A stretch of 64,000 nt of DNA from Marinilabiliales bacterium. Lineage in GTDB: Bacteria; Bacteroidota; Bacteroidia; Bacteroidales; F082. Position numbers and translations under genes: made by a program. The stretch covers positions 108,366 to 172,365 of the forward strand of contig CAVZLR010000003.1 in assembly GCA_963776205.1 (NCBI GenBank), read 5' to 3'. The stretch's first letter is position 1. Each line of letters opens with the position of its first letter. This document shows positions 50,027-60,972 of this stretch, piece after piece. Under the pieces are notes generated by a model, which ran no database searches, was not told the DNA's origin, and saw only the letters and a program-made list of their open reading frames with translations.

Positions 50027-50781
50027 TTTCTTTTGATGGATGCAATTCTATAAACAATACCCCATTCGAAAATATAATTGGTTATAATTTCAGTGGGTAA
50101 TTGCACGGGATCATAAACAGTCACTTTTGAATCCTGGTAGATCATCCCAATATCAAACCCCCAGTTTGAAGAAAGGCGGTAACCCAATCCCAATTTATAT
50201 TTGAATTGATTAAAAAAACGTTCTCTTACTTCTTCTCCAAAATTGTAAAAAGCTTCAAAGTAAGCAAACACAAAGAAATTATTATCCCCGTTCATTGATT
50301 CGCTTGTGAATGCAAAAGCCAGGTAGGTACGGTTTCGAAAGCGCCAGGAGATACTTTTTTCACTATCAGAATAAAAGAGATTTCGCATTTCAATTCTTCC
50401 AATATTAGCAACAAGCCAACGTTTTTGTGGATTCGTAGTTATTCTAAAACCTAGATATGGTCTTACTTCGTAACTATTTAAGCTTAAGCTTTGTTTGGTG
50501 CTGGCAAAATAACCACCAATAGAAATTTCATAAAATCGGTTAAATTTATACACACCGGCAGAAGTGAGTGTTAATTCACTCCAGGGATACTCGCTTGAAA
50601 TTAAAACATTATAAGCCACTGCATTTCTCCATGCGAAATGTTCACTAATGTTCCAGCCAACAAAAAAATTATTCCAAACTTGCGGACTGATAGCATCATC
50701 CTGAGCATTCATTTTATATGCCTTACTCAGGAATAAAATACTTAACAATAGAATTTGAATGGACTTACTAAACCTATCCAA
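50023..50781 (-). CDS. DUF2490-like outer-membrane protein
   Basis: Has a signal peptide and is rich in aromatic beta-strands (WNNFFVGWNISEHFAWRNAVAYNV...). The assignment is from memory of the family. Confidence 0.45.
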   Translation of the reverse strand: MDRFSKSIQILLLSILFLSKAYKMNAQDDAISPQVWNNFFVGWNISEHFAWRNAVAYNVLISSEYPWSELTLTSAGVYKFNRFYEISIGGYFASTKQSLSLNSYEVRPYLGFRITTNPQKRWLVANIGRIEMRNLFYSDSEKSISWRFRNRTYLAFAFTSESMNGDNNFFVFAYFEAFYNFGEEVRERFFNQFKYKLGLGYRLSSNWGFDIGMIYQDSKVTVYDPVQLPTEIITNYIFEWGIVYRIASIKRN

Positions 50782-50883
50782 TGGGCCATTTTTTATGAAG
50801 TAAAATTACTTAAATATCAAAAGCATTTTGCGATTGTTGAATCGCTATATTTGACCTATACTAATTGTAATAAACAACTTTTT

Positions 50884-51198
50884 ATGCCAATCTTATCCGA
50901 TGCCAATCTGAAAAATCTTCAATATTATGTTTGTGAACTGGAAGTTGAAAGAGGATTTGAAAACCAAACCATCATACAGAAATGCCTGCTGTTAGGTGAA
51001 GAAGTTGGAGAACTTTTTAAAGCAATCCGGAAAACAGAGAACCTTTTAATAGACCAAAATTCTCAAACACACGAAGTGGCGAATGAGTTAGCTGATATAC
51101 TCATCTACCTATGTGCTATAGCCAATCGCAAGGGAATTGATCTCGAGTCTGCTTTCAGAAAAAAAGAGGAAATAAATAAAAATAGAAGATGGAATTAA
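50884..51198 (+). CDS. MazG-like nucleotide pyrophosphohydrolase (small, single domain)
   Basis: EExxE/ExxD-type helices LLLGEEVGELFKAIRK ... ELADILIYLCAIANRKGIDLE. The start at the ATG at 50884 is preferred over the track start at 50755, which overlaps the upstream gene. Confidence 0.75.
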   Translation: MPILSDANLKNLQYYVCELEVERGFENQTIIQKCLLLGEEVGELFKAIRKTENLLIDQNSQTHEVANELADILIYLCAIANRKGIDLESAFRKKEEINKNRRWN

Positions 51199-51214
51199 TC
51201 TACTTTTAACTCAG

Positions 51215-52957
51215 TTACTTTATATTGACTTTTTGAATCCGACTGTTTAACCCGGGAGGCAACCAACCCGACCTGATAACCACCCTCATATAGCATTTAC
51301 CTGTAACACCTGGTAGTTTTAACCTTAGGATTGTTTTGTATTCTTCATCAATTGTCAAGCCTGAGATATCTTCTATTTCCTTATACAAAATCACATCACC
51401 TTTCTGAAAAATTGCTACTGCAATCGCTGAATTCAAGCTATCTGATTTAATTGTTACTTGTTTTCCGAGCGGGTTTTTTATGGTAATTGGAATATCAATA
51501 ATCGCATTAGCGTTAAACTCATGATCTTTTAAATCGATGTCTATCTCCAGAAAGTTATACGAATGAAAGTCCTTTATTGTAGTGAAATACATTCTTTCTC
51601 CAGTTGACAACACTATACTATCCAGGTCAGGTATAGAAAACGAAACCTCTCCATTAATCCAAAAACTTTTATCATTATTGAACAGGATAACTTCTTTGCC
51701 TAGTAAACTTTGTTCAACTTCTTCTATATCAAATTGATTCTTTCGGTACAACAGCGAATTATAAGTGAATGCTTTTTCATTTGCATAGTAATTATATTTT
51801 GAAGCTCTTTGATATGAGTTTACGAAAACAGCTGGTTTACTTCCAGCCTTCATATGAAGTTCTTCAGCCCAGGTATCCCAATCATGAAATTCAACCCGGA
51901 AATGATGTTTATACTCTTCGGGCAAATAATTCACCATCATAATTCCGCGTAACAACAAAATGAAAACCACACTAACCGCTCCTATTACATATATAGCTTT
52001 GATTACCTTCCTCTTTTCACGAGTCTCCAGATACGCAATAATAATCAGTGGAATAAATGCGGTACTTGTCCAGTTAGCTTCAACCGGCCCCCTGAATGAC
52101 ATAGCTAAACCTACTATCAATACACCAAATGCATTAAATTTAAGTGCTCTTTCAAACGAATCCTTTGGCTTAAATGCAAGTCCGAAATAGATCAGTATAA
52201 AAGCAACAAGCGGGTTAAGTATCCCTATTTGTCCCAATACAAAATCATAAACGCTTTGCCATTTAAAATAAAATCCCGCGGATCTTTCAACCAGATGGTA
52301 ATAAGGTGTAATAAAATCATGCTTGATCTGCCACACCAGATGTGGAATCATTAAAACAGTAACCAATGCTGCAATTAACCAAAATGATTTTTGCTTTAGT
52401 AGTTTCAGGTTTGAAAGTATCGTAAAAAACACAACAAGCACTCCTGTGTATTTGCTATAAAGAAGAGCTGCAATAGTTAATGAAAGCAGCATGATATTCA
52501 GCCAAGTGTCGTTTTTAAGAAAGTTCCTGTAGAGAATGAGAAATACAATGCTGAAAAAAATTAATGGCATATCAGGAACAGCTACAAAGCCACCAACATG
52601 AACAATTAGAACAGAAAACCACAAAATAAAAAACAGGAAATAATTACGAACATTGGCTATTTTTATAACAAGCGCTAAAGCAATAACTGATGACAAACTT
52701 ATCATTAATCGAACTCCTAATTCATTCTTGTCAAATAATGTTCCAAGCTTAATAAACAAGGCTATCATGGGTGGATGGTCGAAATAACCCCATGCTAGGT
52801 CTGTCGAGTAAAAATAGTAATATGCTTCATCGTGAATAAGTTCAGTAAAACCTGACTGAATAAGGTTGATGATCAACCAAAAAATTAGCATCCCGTAATA
52901 GAGATACTTTGACTGCGTCCAATGCGTTTTTTGTAATTGTCTGGTCTCTGATTCCAA
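51215..52957 (-). CDS. GT39/GT83-type (ArnT/PMT_2-like) membrane glycosyltransferase
   Basis: 580 aa. The N-terminal motif ELIHDEAYYYFYSTDLAWGYFDHPPM is followed by about 10 TM segments and a soluble C-terminal domain. Confidence 0.75.
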   Translation of the reverse strand: MESETRQLQKTHWTQSKYLYYGMLIFWLIINLIQSGFTELIHDEAYYYFYSTDLAWGYFDHPPMIALFIKLGTLFDKNELGVRLMISLSSVIALALVIKIANVRNYFLFFILWFSVLIVHVGGFVAVPDMPLIFFSIVFLILYRNFLKNDTWLNIMLLSLTIAALLYSKYTGVLVVFFTILSNLKLLKQKSFWLIAALVTVLMIPHLVWQIKHDFITPYYHLVERSAGFYFKWQSVYDFVLGQIGILNPLVAFILIYFGLAFKPKDSFERALKFNAFGVLIVGLAMSFRGPVEANWTSTAFIPLIIIAYLETREKRKVIKAIYVIGAVSVVFILLLRGIMMVNYLPEEYKHHFRVEFHDWDTWAEELHMKAGSKPAVFVNSYQRASKYNYYANEKAFTYNSLLYRKNQFDIEEVEQSLLGKEVILFNNDKSFWINGEVSFSIPDLDSIVLSTGERMYFTTIKDFHSYNFLEIDIDLKDHEFNANAIIDIPITIKNPLGKQVTIKSDSLNSAIAVAIFQKGDVILYKEIEDISGLTIDEEYKTILRLKLPGVTGKCYMRVVIRSGWLPPGLNSRIQKVNIK

Positions 52958-53097
52958 TGTGAGATTTGGCTTTGAAATAAGGAAATGAAAAATAATTGTA
53001 AAATTAGAAAAAGAACAAAAGCCGGCGAGCCAAATTTCAGCATTATTAGGTTTTTGTATCCTAACTAATTAACTATTTTAGCGGCAAATTAGATTTT

Positions 53098-54084
53098 ATG
53101 GCAAAAATTATTGGTATTGGTAGTGCTTTAACTGATCTACTTATAAAACTTGAGAACGATGCTTTACTTGATGAATTAAACCTGCCAAAAGGAAGTATGA
53201 CGTTGGTTGATGCTCAAATAAAAGACCTAATTGCTAATAAGACTTCACACCTCGAAAAAGAACTGGTTTCAGGTGGTTCTGCAGCAAACACCATTCATGG
53301 ATTAGCAAAATTAGGAATGCAAACTGCTTTTTGGGGCAAAGTTGGTAAGGATAAAACGGGAGACTTTTTTTATACTGACCTTGAAAAAAGCTCTATTCTT
53401 CCATTGCTTATCCGATCTGAAACCAACTCCGGTATTGCAAGCACATTAATAAGCCTTGACGGAGAAAGAACATTTGGCACCTATCTTGGAGCTTCTGTAG
53501 AACTTTCCGGTGATGAACTTGACATAAAAAACCTTGAAGGTTTTGATGTGCTACATATTGAAGGCTATATTGTGTATAATCATGCATTGCTGGAATCTAT
53601 ATTAAGAAAAGCGAAACAGGCAGGATTAATGGTATCACTAGACCTGGCAAGCTATAATGTGGTTGAAGACAATTTGGATTTTTTGAAAAATATGCTTGAG
53701 CGTTATGTTGATATAGTATTCGCCAATGAGGAGGAAGCCAGGGCTTTTACAGGCAAAAGTAAACCTGAAGAAGCCCTTTCTATTTTAGCTGAAAATACGG
53801 ATTTGGCAGTAGTTAAAATAGGAAAAAACGGGTCACTTGTAAAATTCGAAAATACTTCATATAAAATACCATCAGTGCCAACAACGGCTATTGACACAAC
53901 CGGCGCAGGTGATTTATATGCTGCAGGATTTCTGTTTGGTTTTGTCAATAATATGGGTATTATGAATGCTGGTTATCTGGGATCGATGATGGCATCAAAA
54001 GTGATTGAAGTTTACGGAGCTAAAATTCCAGAAACCTCAATTGAGTTTATCAAAAAGGAAATTAAATCGTTAGGTTCAATTTAA
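53098..54084 (+). CDS. PfkB-family carbohydrate/nucleoside kinase, adenosine kinase-like
   Basis: GGSAANT and the anion-hole/catalytic motif DTTGAGDLYAAGFLFG. Confidence 0.8.
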   Translation: MAKIIGIGSALTDLLIKLENDALLDELNLPKGSMTLVDAQIKDLIANKTSHLEKELVSGGSAANTIHGLAKLGMQTAFWGKVGKDKTGDFFYTDLEKSSILPLLIRSETNSGIASTLISLDGERTFGTYLGASVELSGDELDIKNLEGFDVLHIEGYIVYNHALLESILRKAKQAGLMVSLDLASYNVVEDNLDFLKNMLERYVDIVFANEEEARAFTGKSKPEEALSILAENTDLAVVKIGKNGSLVKFENTSYKIPSVPTTAIDTTGAGDLYAAGFLFGFVNNMGIMNAGYLGSMMASKVIEVYGAKIPETSIEFIKKEIKSLGSI

Positions 54085-54129
54085 TCAGTATAAATAGATA
54101 ATTAGCTGCTAACGAAAAACTTATTTTAT

Positions 54130-54137
54130 TACATTTG
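54130..54137 (+). promoter_or_regulatory. -7 promoter element (TACATTTG) for the EF-G paralog
   Basis: Matches TAnnTTTG and lies 48 nt upstream of the ATG at 54185. Confidence 0.4.
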
Positions 54138-54184
54138 CCAACCTATAAATTTAAAAGTGCTAACCATTTAAGAATACGATTATT

Positions 54185-56320
54185 ATGAAGGTTTTTAAGA
54201 CGACTGAAATTAGAAATGTTGCGTTGATTGGTGGAGCTAAGTCAGGGAAAACTACCATGGCTGAAGCCATGCTTTTTGAAGGGAAATCAATCAATAGGAA
54301 AGGAACTGTTGAAGACCATAATACTGTTTCTGATTACAAACAAATTGAGATTGAGAGGCAGCATTCTGTCCATTCATCCTTACTGAATACAATATTTAAC
54401 GATATTAAAATCAATATTATTGACACTCCCGGATTTTCAGATTTCGTAGGAGAAACCATCGCAGCAATCGATGCTGCCGACACAGCCCTTTTCCTTGTAA
54501 ATGGTCAGGCAGGAGTTGAAGCAACCACTGAAACTGCCTGGAGACAGACAGCAGCAAATAATACACCCGTATTCTTTTCAATCAACCAACTAGACCATCA
54601 TGGTGCTAATTTTGATGAAACCATCAGATCGCTCAAAGATTATTTTGGCGAGAAAGTAACTATAGTTCAATACCCGGTAAATGCCGGCGAAGGTTTCAAT
54701 ACGGTCATCGACCTCATCCTGATGAAACAACTTACATTTAAAGATGGAGGTGGTGCACCTGAAATTTCTGATATTCCTGATTCGGAAAAAGACAAAGCAG
54801 AAAAATTACACCTGACATTGGTTGAAAACGCTGCCGAAGGAGATGAAGCGCTGATGGAAAAATATTTCGAGCATGATACGCTTACGATGGATGAAATGAG
54901 AGAAGGCGTCAGGTTAGGTATGGTTTCGAGAAGCATTTTTCCAGTTATGTGTTCTTCAGCAAAACACGGAATTGGAGTACACAGAATCCTTGAGTTCATC
55001 ACTCTTTCATGCCCTTCGCCTGATCTAATGCCGATAAAAAAGACCAAAAAAGGAAAAGAATTTTCATGTAAATCTACCGATCCAACAGCACTCTTTGTGT
55101 TTAAAACTTCTATCGAACCACATCTTGGTGAAGTTTCTTTCTTTAAAGTAATGGGAGGAACAGTAAAAGAAGCACAGGACCTGATTAACGCTCGTAATGA
55201 TAATAAAGAAAGAATTTCACAATTATTTATCCTGAATGGCAAAAACCGGGAAAAGGTAGATACCGTTAATTCAGGTGATATTGCAGTTACAATTAAACTG
55301 AAAGATGTAAGAACAAGTGATTCATTAATGGATCCCAAAGCCGCAGATGGAGGTTTTGAGCCACTGCATCTACCCGAGCCTTTGTATACAATTGCTATCA
55401 AACCTGAGAGTTCATCCGATGATGAGAAACTGGGTGCTGTTTTAAATGAAATGCATAAAACCGACCCAACTCTTATAATTGAATTTTCACGTGAATTAAA
55501 GCAGTTACTTCTGAAATCACAGGGCGAATTTCATGTGAATACGGTGAAATGGTATTTGAACAATATTCATAAAATTGATATCAATTTATTCACTCCTAAA
55601 ATTCCATACCGCGAAACCATTACCAAATCAGCTCGTGCCGACTATCGTCATAAAAAGCAATCTGGCGGTTCAGGACAGTTTGGAGAGGTGCATTTAATGA
55701 TCCAGCCTTATTTTGAAGGATATAAAGATCCTACAGATTTTCCTGTGCGAGGTACAGATGTGCATGATATGCCATGGGGAGGTAAACTTGTTTTTAATAA
55801 CTGTATCGTTGGTGGTGCCATTGACCAGCGTTTCTTACCTGCTATTTTAAAAGGTATCATGGAACGTATGAATGAGGGACCTTTAACAGGTTCATATGCA
55901 CGCGATATTGTGGTTTATGTTTATGATGGAAAAATGCACCCGGTTGACTCAAATGAGATCTCATTCAAACTTGCCGGTCGTCACGCTTTCAGCACAGCAT
56001 TTAAAAATGCCAGCCCCAAAATTATGGAGCCGATTTGCGATTTGGTAGTTAGTATTCCCGAGGACAATATGGGATCGGTAATGACCGACCTGCAAGGCAG
56101 ACGCGCAATTATTATGGGCATGGATTCTGAAGGGAAAAACCAGGTAATCAAAGCTAAAGTTCCTTTGGCCGAAATGAGTAAATATGTAACTTCATTAAGC
56201 TCTATAACTTCTGGCCGCGGCACATTTAGTATGACTTATGATAATTACCAGCAGGTGCCCAGCGATGTTCAGGATAAACTCCTAAAAGAGTATGAAGAAT
56301 CACTAGAAGACGAAGATTAG
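54185..56320 (+). CDS. elongation factor G paralog (EF-G-like translational GTPase)
   Basis: P-loop GGAKSGKTT, DTPGFSDF, a G4-like NQLD, and EF-G domains II-V (GEVSFFKVMGG..., HKKQSGGSGQFGEV, ...LEPI...). Confidence 0.85.
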   Translation: MKVFKTTEIRNVALIGGAKSGKTTMAEAMLFEGKSINRKGTVEDHNTVSDYKQIEIERQHSVHSSLLNTIFNDIKINIIDTPGFSDFVGETIAAIDAADTALFLVNGQAGVEATTETAWRQTAANNTPVFFSINQLDHHGANFDETIRSLKDYFGEKVTIVQYPVNAGEGFNTVIDLILMKQLTFKDGGGAPEISDIPDSEKDKAEKLHLTLVENAAEGDEALMEKYFEHDTLTMDEMREGVRLGMVSRSIFPVMCSSAKHGIGVHRILEFITLSCPSPDLMPIKKTKKGKEFSCKSTDPTALFVFKTSIEPHLGEVSFFKVMGGTVKEAQDLINARNDNKERISQLFILNGKNREKVDTVNSGDIAVTIKLKDVRTSDSLMDPKAADGGFEPLHLPEPLYTIAIKPESSSDDEKLGAVLNEMHKTDPTLIIEFSRELKQLLLKSQGEFHVNTVKWYLNNIHKIDINLFTPKIPYRETITKSARADYRHKKQSGGSGQFGEVHLMIQPYFEGYKDPTDFPVRGTDVHDMPWGGKLVFNNCIVGGAIDQRFLPAILKGIMERMNEGPLTGSYARDIVVYVYDGKMHPVDSNEISFKLAGRHAFSTAFKNASPKIMEPICDLVVSIPEDNMGSVMTDLQGRRAIIMGMDSEGKNQVIKAKVPLAEMSKYVTSLSSITSGRGTFSMTYDNYQQVPSDVQDKLLKEYEESLEDED

Positions 56321-56340
56321 ATTTTTAAACCAAAAAATTT

Positions 56341-56366
56341 AAAGGCCGGTTATACCGGCCTTTTTT
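56341..56366. terminator. bidirectional rho-independent terminator between EF-G paralog and RND pump
   Basis: AAAGGCCGG-TTATA-CCGGCCTTTTTT. Confidence 0.75.
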
Positions 56367-56381
56367 GTTTTTTTAATCTTG

Positions 56382-59300
56382 CTATTTCTTTTTGGAAATT
56401 TTCATTTGTGCCAATACCAGCACATGATACATAGATGGTATTATAACTAATGTTAAGAAAGTAGCAAAAGTCAATCCAAATATTACGGTCCAGCTCATGG
56501 GACCCCAAAATGCAACATTATCACCTCCAAAATATATGTGGGGATCGAACGTATTTAAAAACGACAGAATATCAATATTTAATCCTGTTGCCAGCGGAAT
56601 AAGACCTAAAACTGTTGTTATAGCTGTAAGAAGTACTGGACGTAATCTGGTTTTTCCTCCTTCAATTATACAATCCATTGCAACTTCTCTGGACAGGAAT
56701 GCCCCCTCAGGCAATCCTAATTCTTTCCTTTTTCGTTGTTTTAAGAGTCCAATATAATCTATTAATACAATTCCATTGTTTACAACTACGCCAGCTAATG
56801 ATACAATTCCGACACCTGTCATTATCACAACGAAATCCATTTTAAACGTTGCCAGGCCACCAAATACACCTATTGTACTTAAAAGAACAGTAAATATAAT
56901 CATAGCTGGTTTTACAAAAGAATTAAATTGGGAAACAAGAATGATAGCAATTAAAATAACCGCAATTAACAATGCCGTTGTTAAGAAAGCCATCGATTCA
57001 GCCTGCTCTTCCTGCTCACCTGTGAACTCATATGAATATCCAGTTGGCATTTTAAAGTTTTTCATTAACTGCTTTAATTCATCATTGATTTCGGTTGCAT
57101 TATATCCCTGCAGTACATTAGAATAAATTGTAATTACACGATCCCTGTCAATACGCGTAATAGCTCCATAAGTTGTACTATACTCAAAACTTGCAACTGC
57201 TGAAATAGGCACCTGGACGATCTTTCCTGTTGAAGCACTTCTGAATGTGATACGCTGGTTGATAAGATCAGCAATATTGTATCTGAAGTTATCATCTAGT
57301 TTCATCCTAATTTTGTACTCATCTTCTCCGTCCTTAAAGTCCGAAATTTCCTTTCCAAATAAAGCGGTTCTCAAAGCATCACCTATTTGACCTGTAGATA
57401 AACCATATCTTCTTGCTTTTTCCCTGTCAATATGTACTAAGATCTCCGGTTTGCCAATCTCCAAATCAATTTTTAAACCTTCAATACCCGGAATATTGCT
57501 CCTGTTAATTACAGACCTAATAGTGTCTGACAAATAAATCAATGTATTGAAATCACGACCATGAACCTCCAGGTTAATCGGTTTGCCTGTTGGTGGACCA
57601 TTTTGTTGTTCCTCTACTGAAATAGTTATCCCTGGATATTGACCAACCAGGAGATCGGTCAGGCTATTTAAAATATTCCAGGTATCCTTCCCATTTCTAA
57701 ATTCAAATTCAACAAAGTTTATAGTTATTAACCCACGGTTAGAACCTCCACTTCTTCCGCTCCATCCTTCTTGTTCACCAACAGCGCCTTTACCCACAAT
57801 AGTTAAAACAGATTTTACGATGTCCATATCCGGTTCCAGAACTTCAAACACTTGGTCCTCAATCTCGTGCATAGCAGAATCCGTAAAGTCAATGTCCGTA
57901 TTAATAGGCATTTCAGCCAAAATATTAATGTACTGCGGAGGTGATGACGGAAAATTAACAAGCTTTGGGTTTGAACCGAAATAAAAGGCCATGGTAAGTA
58001 TCATCAGTAAAAAGGTACCCACAATTAATGCATAAGGCCTCCAGGTTTTTAAAGCTCCCTTAATAAAATTGTAATATGTTGTCTCAAGCCAAACGAGAAA
58101 TACATTTTGGAACCAAATTGCTAACCTTGAAAGAAATAGCAAATCCATTAAACCAATCAGGGCAAATAGTAGTAAAATGGTGCCTATCCAATTCACTTTA
58201 ATCAAATAAAATGCTGTTGCAGCTACAATTAGTATTGTAACAGTTGTTAAGCTCTTCTTAACTTTTGGTATGGTGACGTTTGTACCTCTTTTAAAAAAGT
58301 CAGTGTAAATTAAAGGTATGATAACCAAAGCTACAAATAAGGACGATGATAGAACAATGATTAAGGTCACCGGTAAAAAAGACATAAATTCGCCCATGAG
58401 ACTGTCCCAGAATATCAGAGGAAAGAATGCTGCCAGCGTAGTAGCAGTAGATGTAATAATTGGCATCGCAACCTCACCGGTTGCCTGCTTTGCCGCATCT
58501 AAAACATTATACCCTTTCCCGATATACCTGTATATATTTTCCGTAACAACGATAGCATTATCAACGAGCATACCCAGAGCGAGTATTAATGAAAACAATA
58601 CAATCATGTTTATTTTATAGCCAATGATTCCCATAATCATGAACGACATAAACATGGACATGGGAATCGCTAAACCGACAAATAATGAATTTCGGGTACC
58701 TAAAAACAGGAACAATACAATAATTACAAATATCATCCCTAACAAAATGCTGTTTTCAAGATTACTTAATTGCATTTTGACCATCTCTGATTGGTCTTGA
58801 GTAATTGAAATCGATAGGTTTTCAGGGATTACATTTGATTCTTTTGATTCATCAAGAATATTTATTACCTGTTCAATAGTTGATAATAAATTTTCGCCGC
58901 TTTTTTTTACTACCTGCAAGGAAACTACTGGATTTTTTTCCAATCTCGAATAACTGTCTCTTTCTGCAAAACCATATACTACCGATCCTACATCGTGTAA
59001 GTATACTATATCACCATTCTCACTTTTAACAATAATGTTTTCAATTTCCTGAGGATCTGTAAATTCCCCGATTAAACGTATTGATCGCTTGATATTACCC
59101 ATTTTTATATCACCTCCTGACATGGAGATATTCTCGGCAAAAACTGCATTCTCAATATCTCCAAAACTAACCTGCAATGCGCTCATTTTAAACGGATCAA
59201 GATCGATCTTAATCTCCCGATCAGTTACTCCGGTAATATTTACTTTAGAAACTTCATATATAGCTTCGAACTCATCTTTCAGATCCTCAGCATAATTTTT

Positions 59301-59822
59301 TAACTCATTTATGCTGTACTCACCCGAGAGGTTAATATTAATTACCGGAAATTCAGAGAAATCAATGTCAGTTACCATTGGATCTTCAGGCAAATCATTT
59401 GGCAGATCGCTTTTCGCTTTATCTACAGCATCTTTTACATCCTGCAGGGCTGTTTTTATATCTACATTGGTTTGAAATTCAACGAATAAATTTGAAATGT
59501 CCTGGCTTGACAGTGAAGTCAGCTTCTTTATCCCCTTAACCGACTCAACTTCTTTTTCAAGCTGGCGGGTAATGAGATTCTCAATATCTACCGGTGCGTT
59601 ACCTGGATATAAGGTTTGCACCATTACAGTCGGAATACTTATTTCCGGGAATAATTCCTTCGGCATGTTCACGTATGAATATGTGCCAAAAGTGACAATT
59701 GCAAGAATTATTAAATAGACGGTATTTTTGTTATTTAAGGCCCAGGAAGACAAAAAGAAATTCCTGATGACATCTTTTTTGTTGTTCTTTTTTTCCATTG
59801 TAGTAATTTCAGAAATAGTCAA
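56382..59822 (-). CDS. RND efflux pump inner-membrane permease (AcrB/HAE family)
   Basis: About 1140 aa with 12 TM segments and two large periplasmic loops, of AcrB family length and pattern. The probable start is MEKKNNKK at 59798. Confidence 0.9.
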   Translation of the reverse strand: MTISEITTMEKKNNKKDVIRNFFLSSWALNNKNTVYLIILAIVTFGTYSYVNMPKELFPEISIPTVMVQTLYPGNAPVDIENLITRQLEKEVESVKGIKKLTSLSSQDISNLFVEFQTNVDIKTALQDVKDAVDKAKSDLPNDLPEDPMVTDIDFSEFPVININLSGEYSINELKNYAEDLKDEFEAIYEVSKVNITGVTDREIKIDLDPFKMSALQVSFGDIENAVFAENISMSGGDIKMGNIKRSIRLIGEFTDPQEIENIIVKSENGDIVYLHDVGSVVYGFAERDSYSRLEKNPVVSLQVVKKSGENLLSTIEQVINILDESKESNVIPENLSISITQDQSEMVKMQLSNLENSILLGMIFVIIVLFLFLGTRNSLFVGLAIPMSMFMSFMIMGIIGYKINMIVLFSLILALGMLVDNAIVVTENIYRYIGKGYNVLDAAKQATGEVAMPIITSTATTLAAFFPLIFWDSLMGEFMSFLPVTLIIVLSSSLFVALVIIPLIYTDFFKRGTNVTIPKVKKSLTTVTILIVAATAFYLIKVNWIGTILLLFALIGLMDLLFLSRLAIWFQNVFLVWLETTYYNFIKGALKTWRPYALIVGTFLLMILTMAFYFGSNPKLVNFPSSPPQYINILAEMPINTDIDFTDSAMHEIEDQVFEVLEPDMDIVKSVLTIVGKGAVGEQEGWSGRSGGSNRGLITINFVEFEFRNGKDTWNILNSLTDLLVGQYPGITISVEEQQNGPPTGKPINLEVHGRDFNTLIYLSDTIRSVINRSNIPGIEGLKIDLEIGKPEILVHIDREKARRYGLSTGQIGDALRTALFGKEISDFKDGEDEYKIRMKLDDNFRYNIADLINQRITFRSASTGKIVQVPISAVASFEYSTTYGAITRIDRDRVITIYSNVLQGYNATEINDELKQLMKNFKMPTGYSYEFTGEQEEQAESMAFLTTALLIAVILIAIILVSQFNSFVKPAMIIFTVLLSTIGVFGGLATFKMDFVVIMTGVGIVSLAGVVVNNGIVLIDYIGLLKQRKRKELGLPEGAFLSREVAMDCIIEGGKTRLRPVLLTAITTVLGLIPLATGLNIDILSFLNTFDPHIYFGGDNVAFWGPMSWTVIFGLTFATFLTLVIIPSMYHVLVLAQMKISKKK

Positions 59823-59839
59823 TTAGTTGTTCAAACGCC

Positions 59840-60964
59840 TTATTTGGCAATTTCTATAGTCATTCCATCAGACACATTGCTATAACCATCGGTAATGATC
59901 ATTTCATTTAAACTGAGGCCTGATATTACTTCAGTATTTTCAAGGTAAGACCTTCCATCTTCAATATATTTTTTAACAGCAATCCATTTATCATCCTTAT
60001 ATTCAGCGACATAAAGATAAGAGCCAACTATATCTTCTCTTATTACGAGCGAAGGAACAATTAAGGCTGCTTCAGTGTTATAATCGTTTATTTTGATGTT
60101 TGCCAATAAATTGGGTTTCAATCTTCCATCCTCATTGTGAATTTCTATTTCTACTTTAAAAGTTCTGTTTTGTTTATTAATTACATTGCCAACACGAGTT
60201 ACCTTTTCTTTTAACATAATATCAGGATAAGTTGGAAAGCTTAACTGAACTACATCTCCCGCTTTTATCACAGGCAAATACGCTTCAGAAAGATTTACGG
60301 TTACTTGCAAACGGTTAAGATCAACTATCTGCATTAATTGCATACCCGGGGATGCTAATTCTCCTTCTTTTTGAACGATATCTTCAATATAACCGCTGAT
60401 TGGAGCCTTTACAATTGACATATTGAATTGCTCCTGAAGGGTTGCCAACTTATTTTGAAGCGATTCATAATTGTTCTTTGATTCAAGATATTGGATTTCA
60501 GAACCAATTCCTTTACTCCATAAATCAGATTGCTTTTCAAATAGTGTTTTGGCTAATTCCAATTGCGTTTTTAATTCTTCAATACTCTTTTCAACAATAC
60601 TTGTATTAAGTTTAGCTACAACCTGTCCTCTATTCACTTTTTGTCCTTCAGTAACATTTATAGATGTAATTTGACCACTAACTTCCGGACTAATATAGGC
60701 TTCCGAAATTGCTTCAAGTTCGCCAGTAGCTTCAAAAAATCTTGAAAATGAATTTTGTGTTAGTTCAAACACCCTTACTTTTGTTGTATGAACATTTTTT
60801 GATTTATCAGTGAGTTGGTTTTCCAGTTCTTTAATCTTAGCTTCAAGTTCAATAATTTGTTTGCGGTAATTCTTAATATCTTCCCTTATAGTATCATCAT
60901 TTGATGAATTTGAACAGGAAAATAATATTCCGCTAATTAGTAATAAGACGATTATATTTTTCAT
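59840..60964 (-). CDS. RND efflux periplasmic adaptor (MFP/HlyD family) lipoprotein
   Basis: Lipobox LFSC, a coiled-coil hairpin, and lipoyl/beta-barrel motifs (GQKVNRGQVVAKL; ISGYIE). Confidence 0.85.
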   Translation of the reverse strand: MKNIIVLLLISGILFSCSNSSNDDTIREDIKNYRKQIIELEAKIKELENQLTDKSKNVHTTKVRVFELTQNSFSRFFEATGELEAISEAYISPEVSGQITSINVTEGQKVNRGQVVAKLNTSIVEKSIEELKTQLELAKTLFEKQSDLWSKGIGSEIQYLESKNNYESLQNKLATLQEQFNMSIVKAPISGYIEDIVQKEGELASPGMQLMQIVDLNRLQVTVNLSEAYLPVIKAGDVVQLSFPTYPDIMLKEKVTRVGNVINKQNRTFKVEIEIHNEDGRLKPNLLANIKINDYNTEAALIVPSLVIREDIVGSYLYVAEYKDDKWIAVKKYIEDGRSYLENTEVISGLSLNEMIITDGYSNVSDGMTIEIAK

Positions 60965-60972
60965 GTTTTTAA

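Noticed and set aside
54667-55401. A 244-aa minus-strand ORF inside the EF-G paralog. Similar antisense ORFs include 7748..8218, 46050..46433, 16458..16757, 35807..36133, 13451..13819, 4944..5306 and 1273..1584.
   Set aside because: All are embedded antisense or out of frame within genes that carry strong family motifs. Their translations are low-complexity or Ser/Ile/Leu-rich with no motifs. These are typical shadow ORFs in AT-rich DNA.
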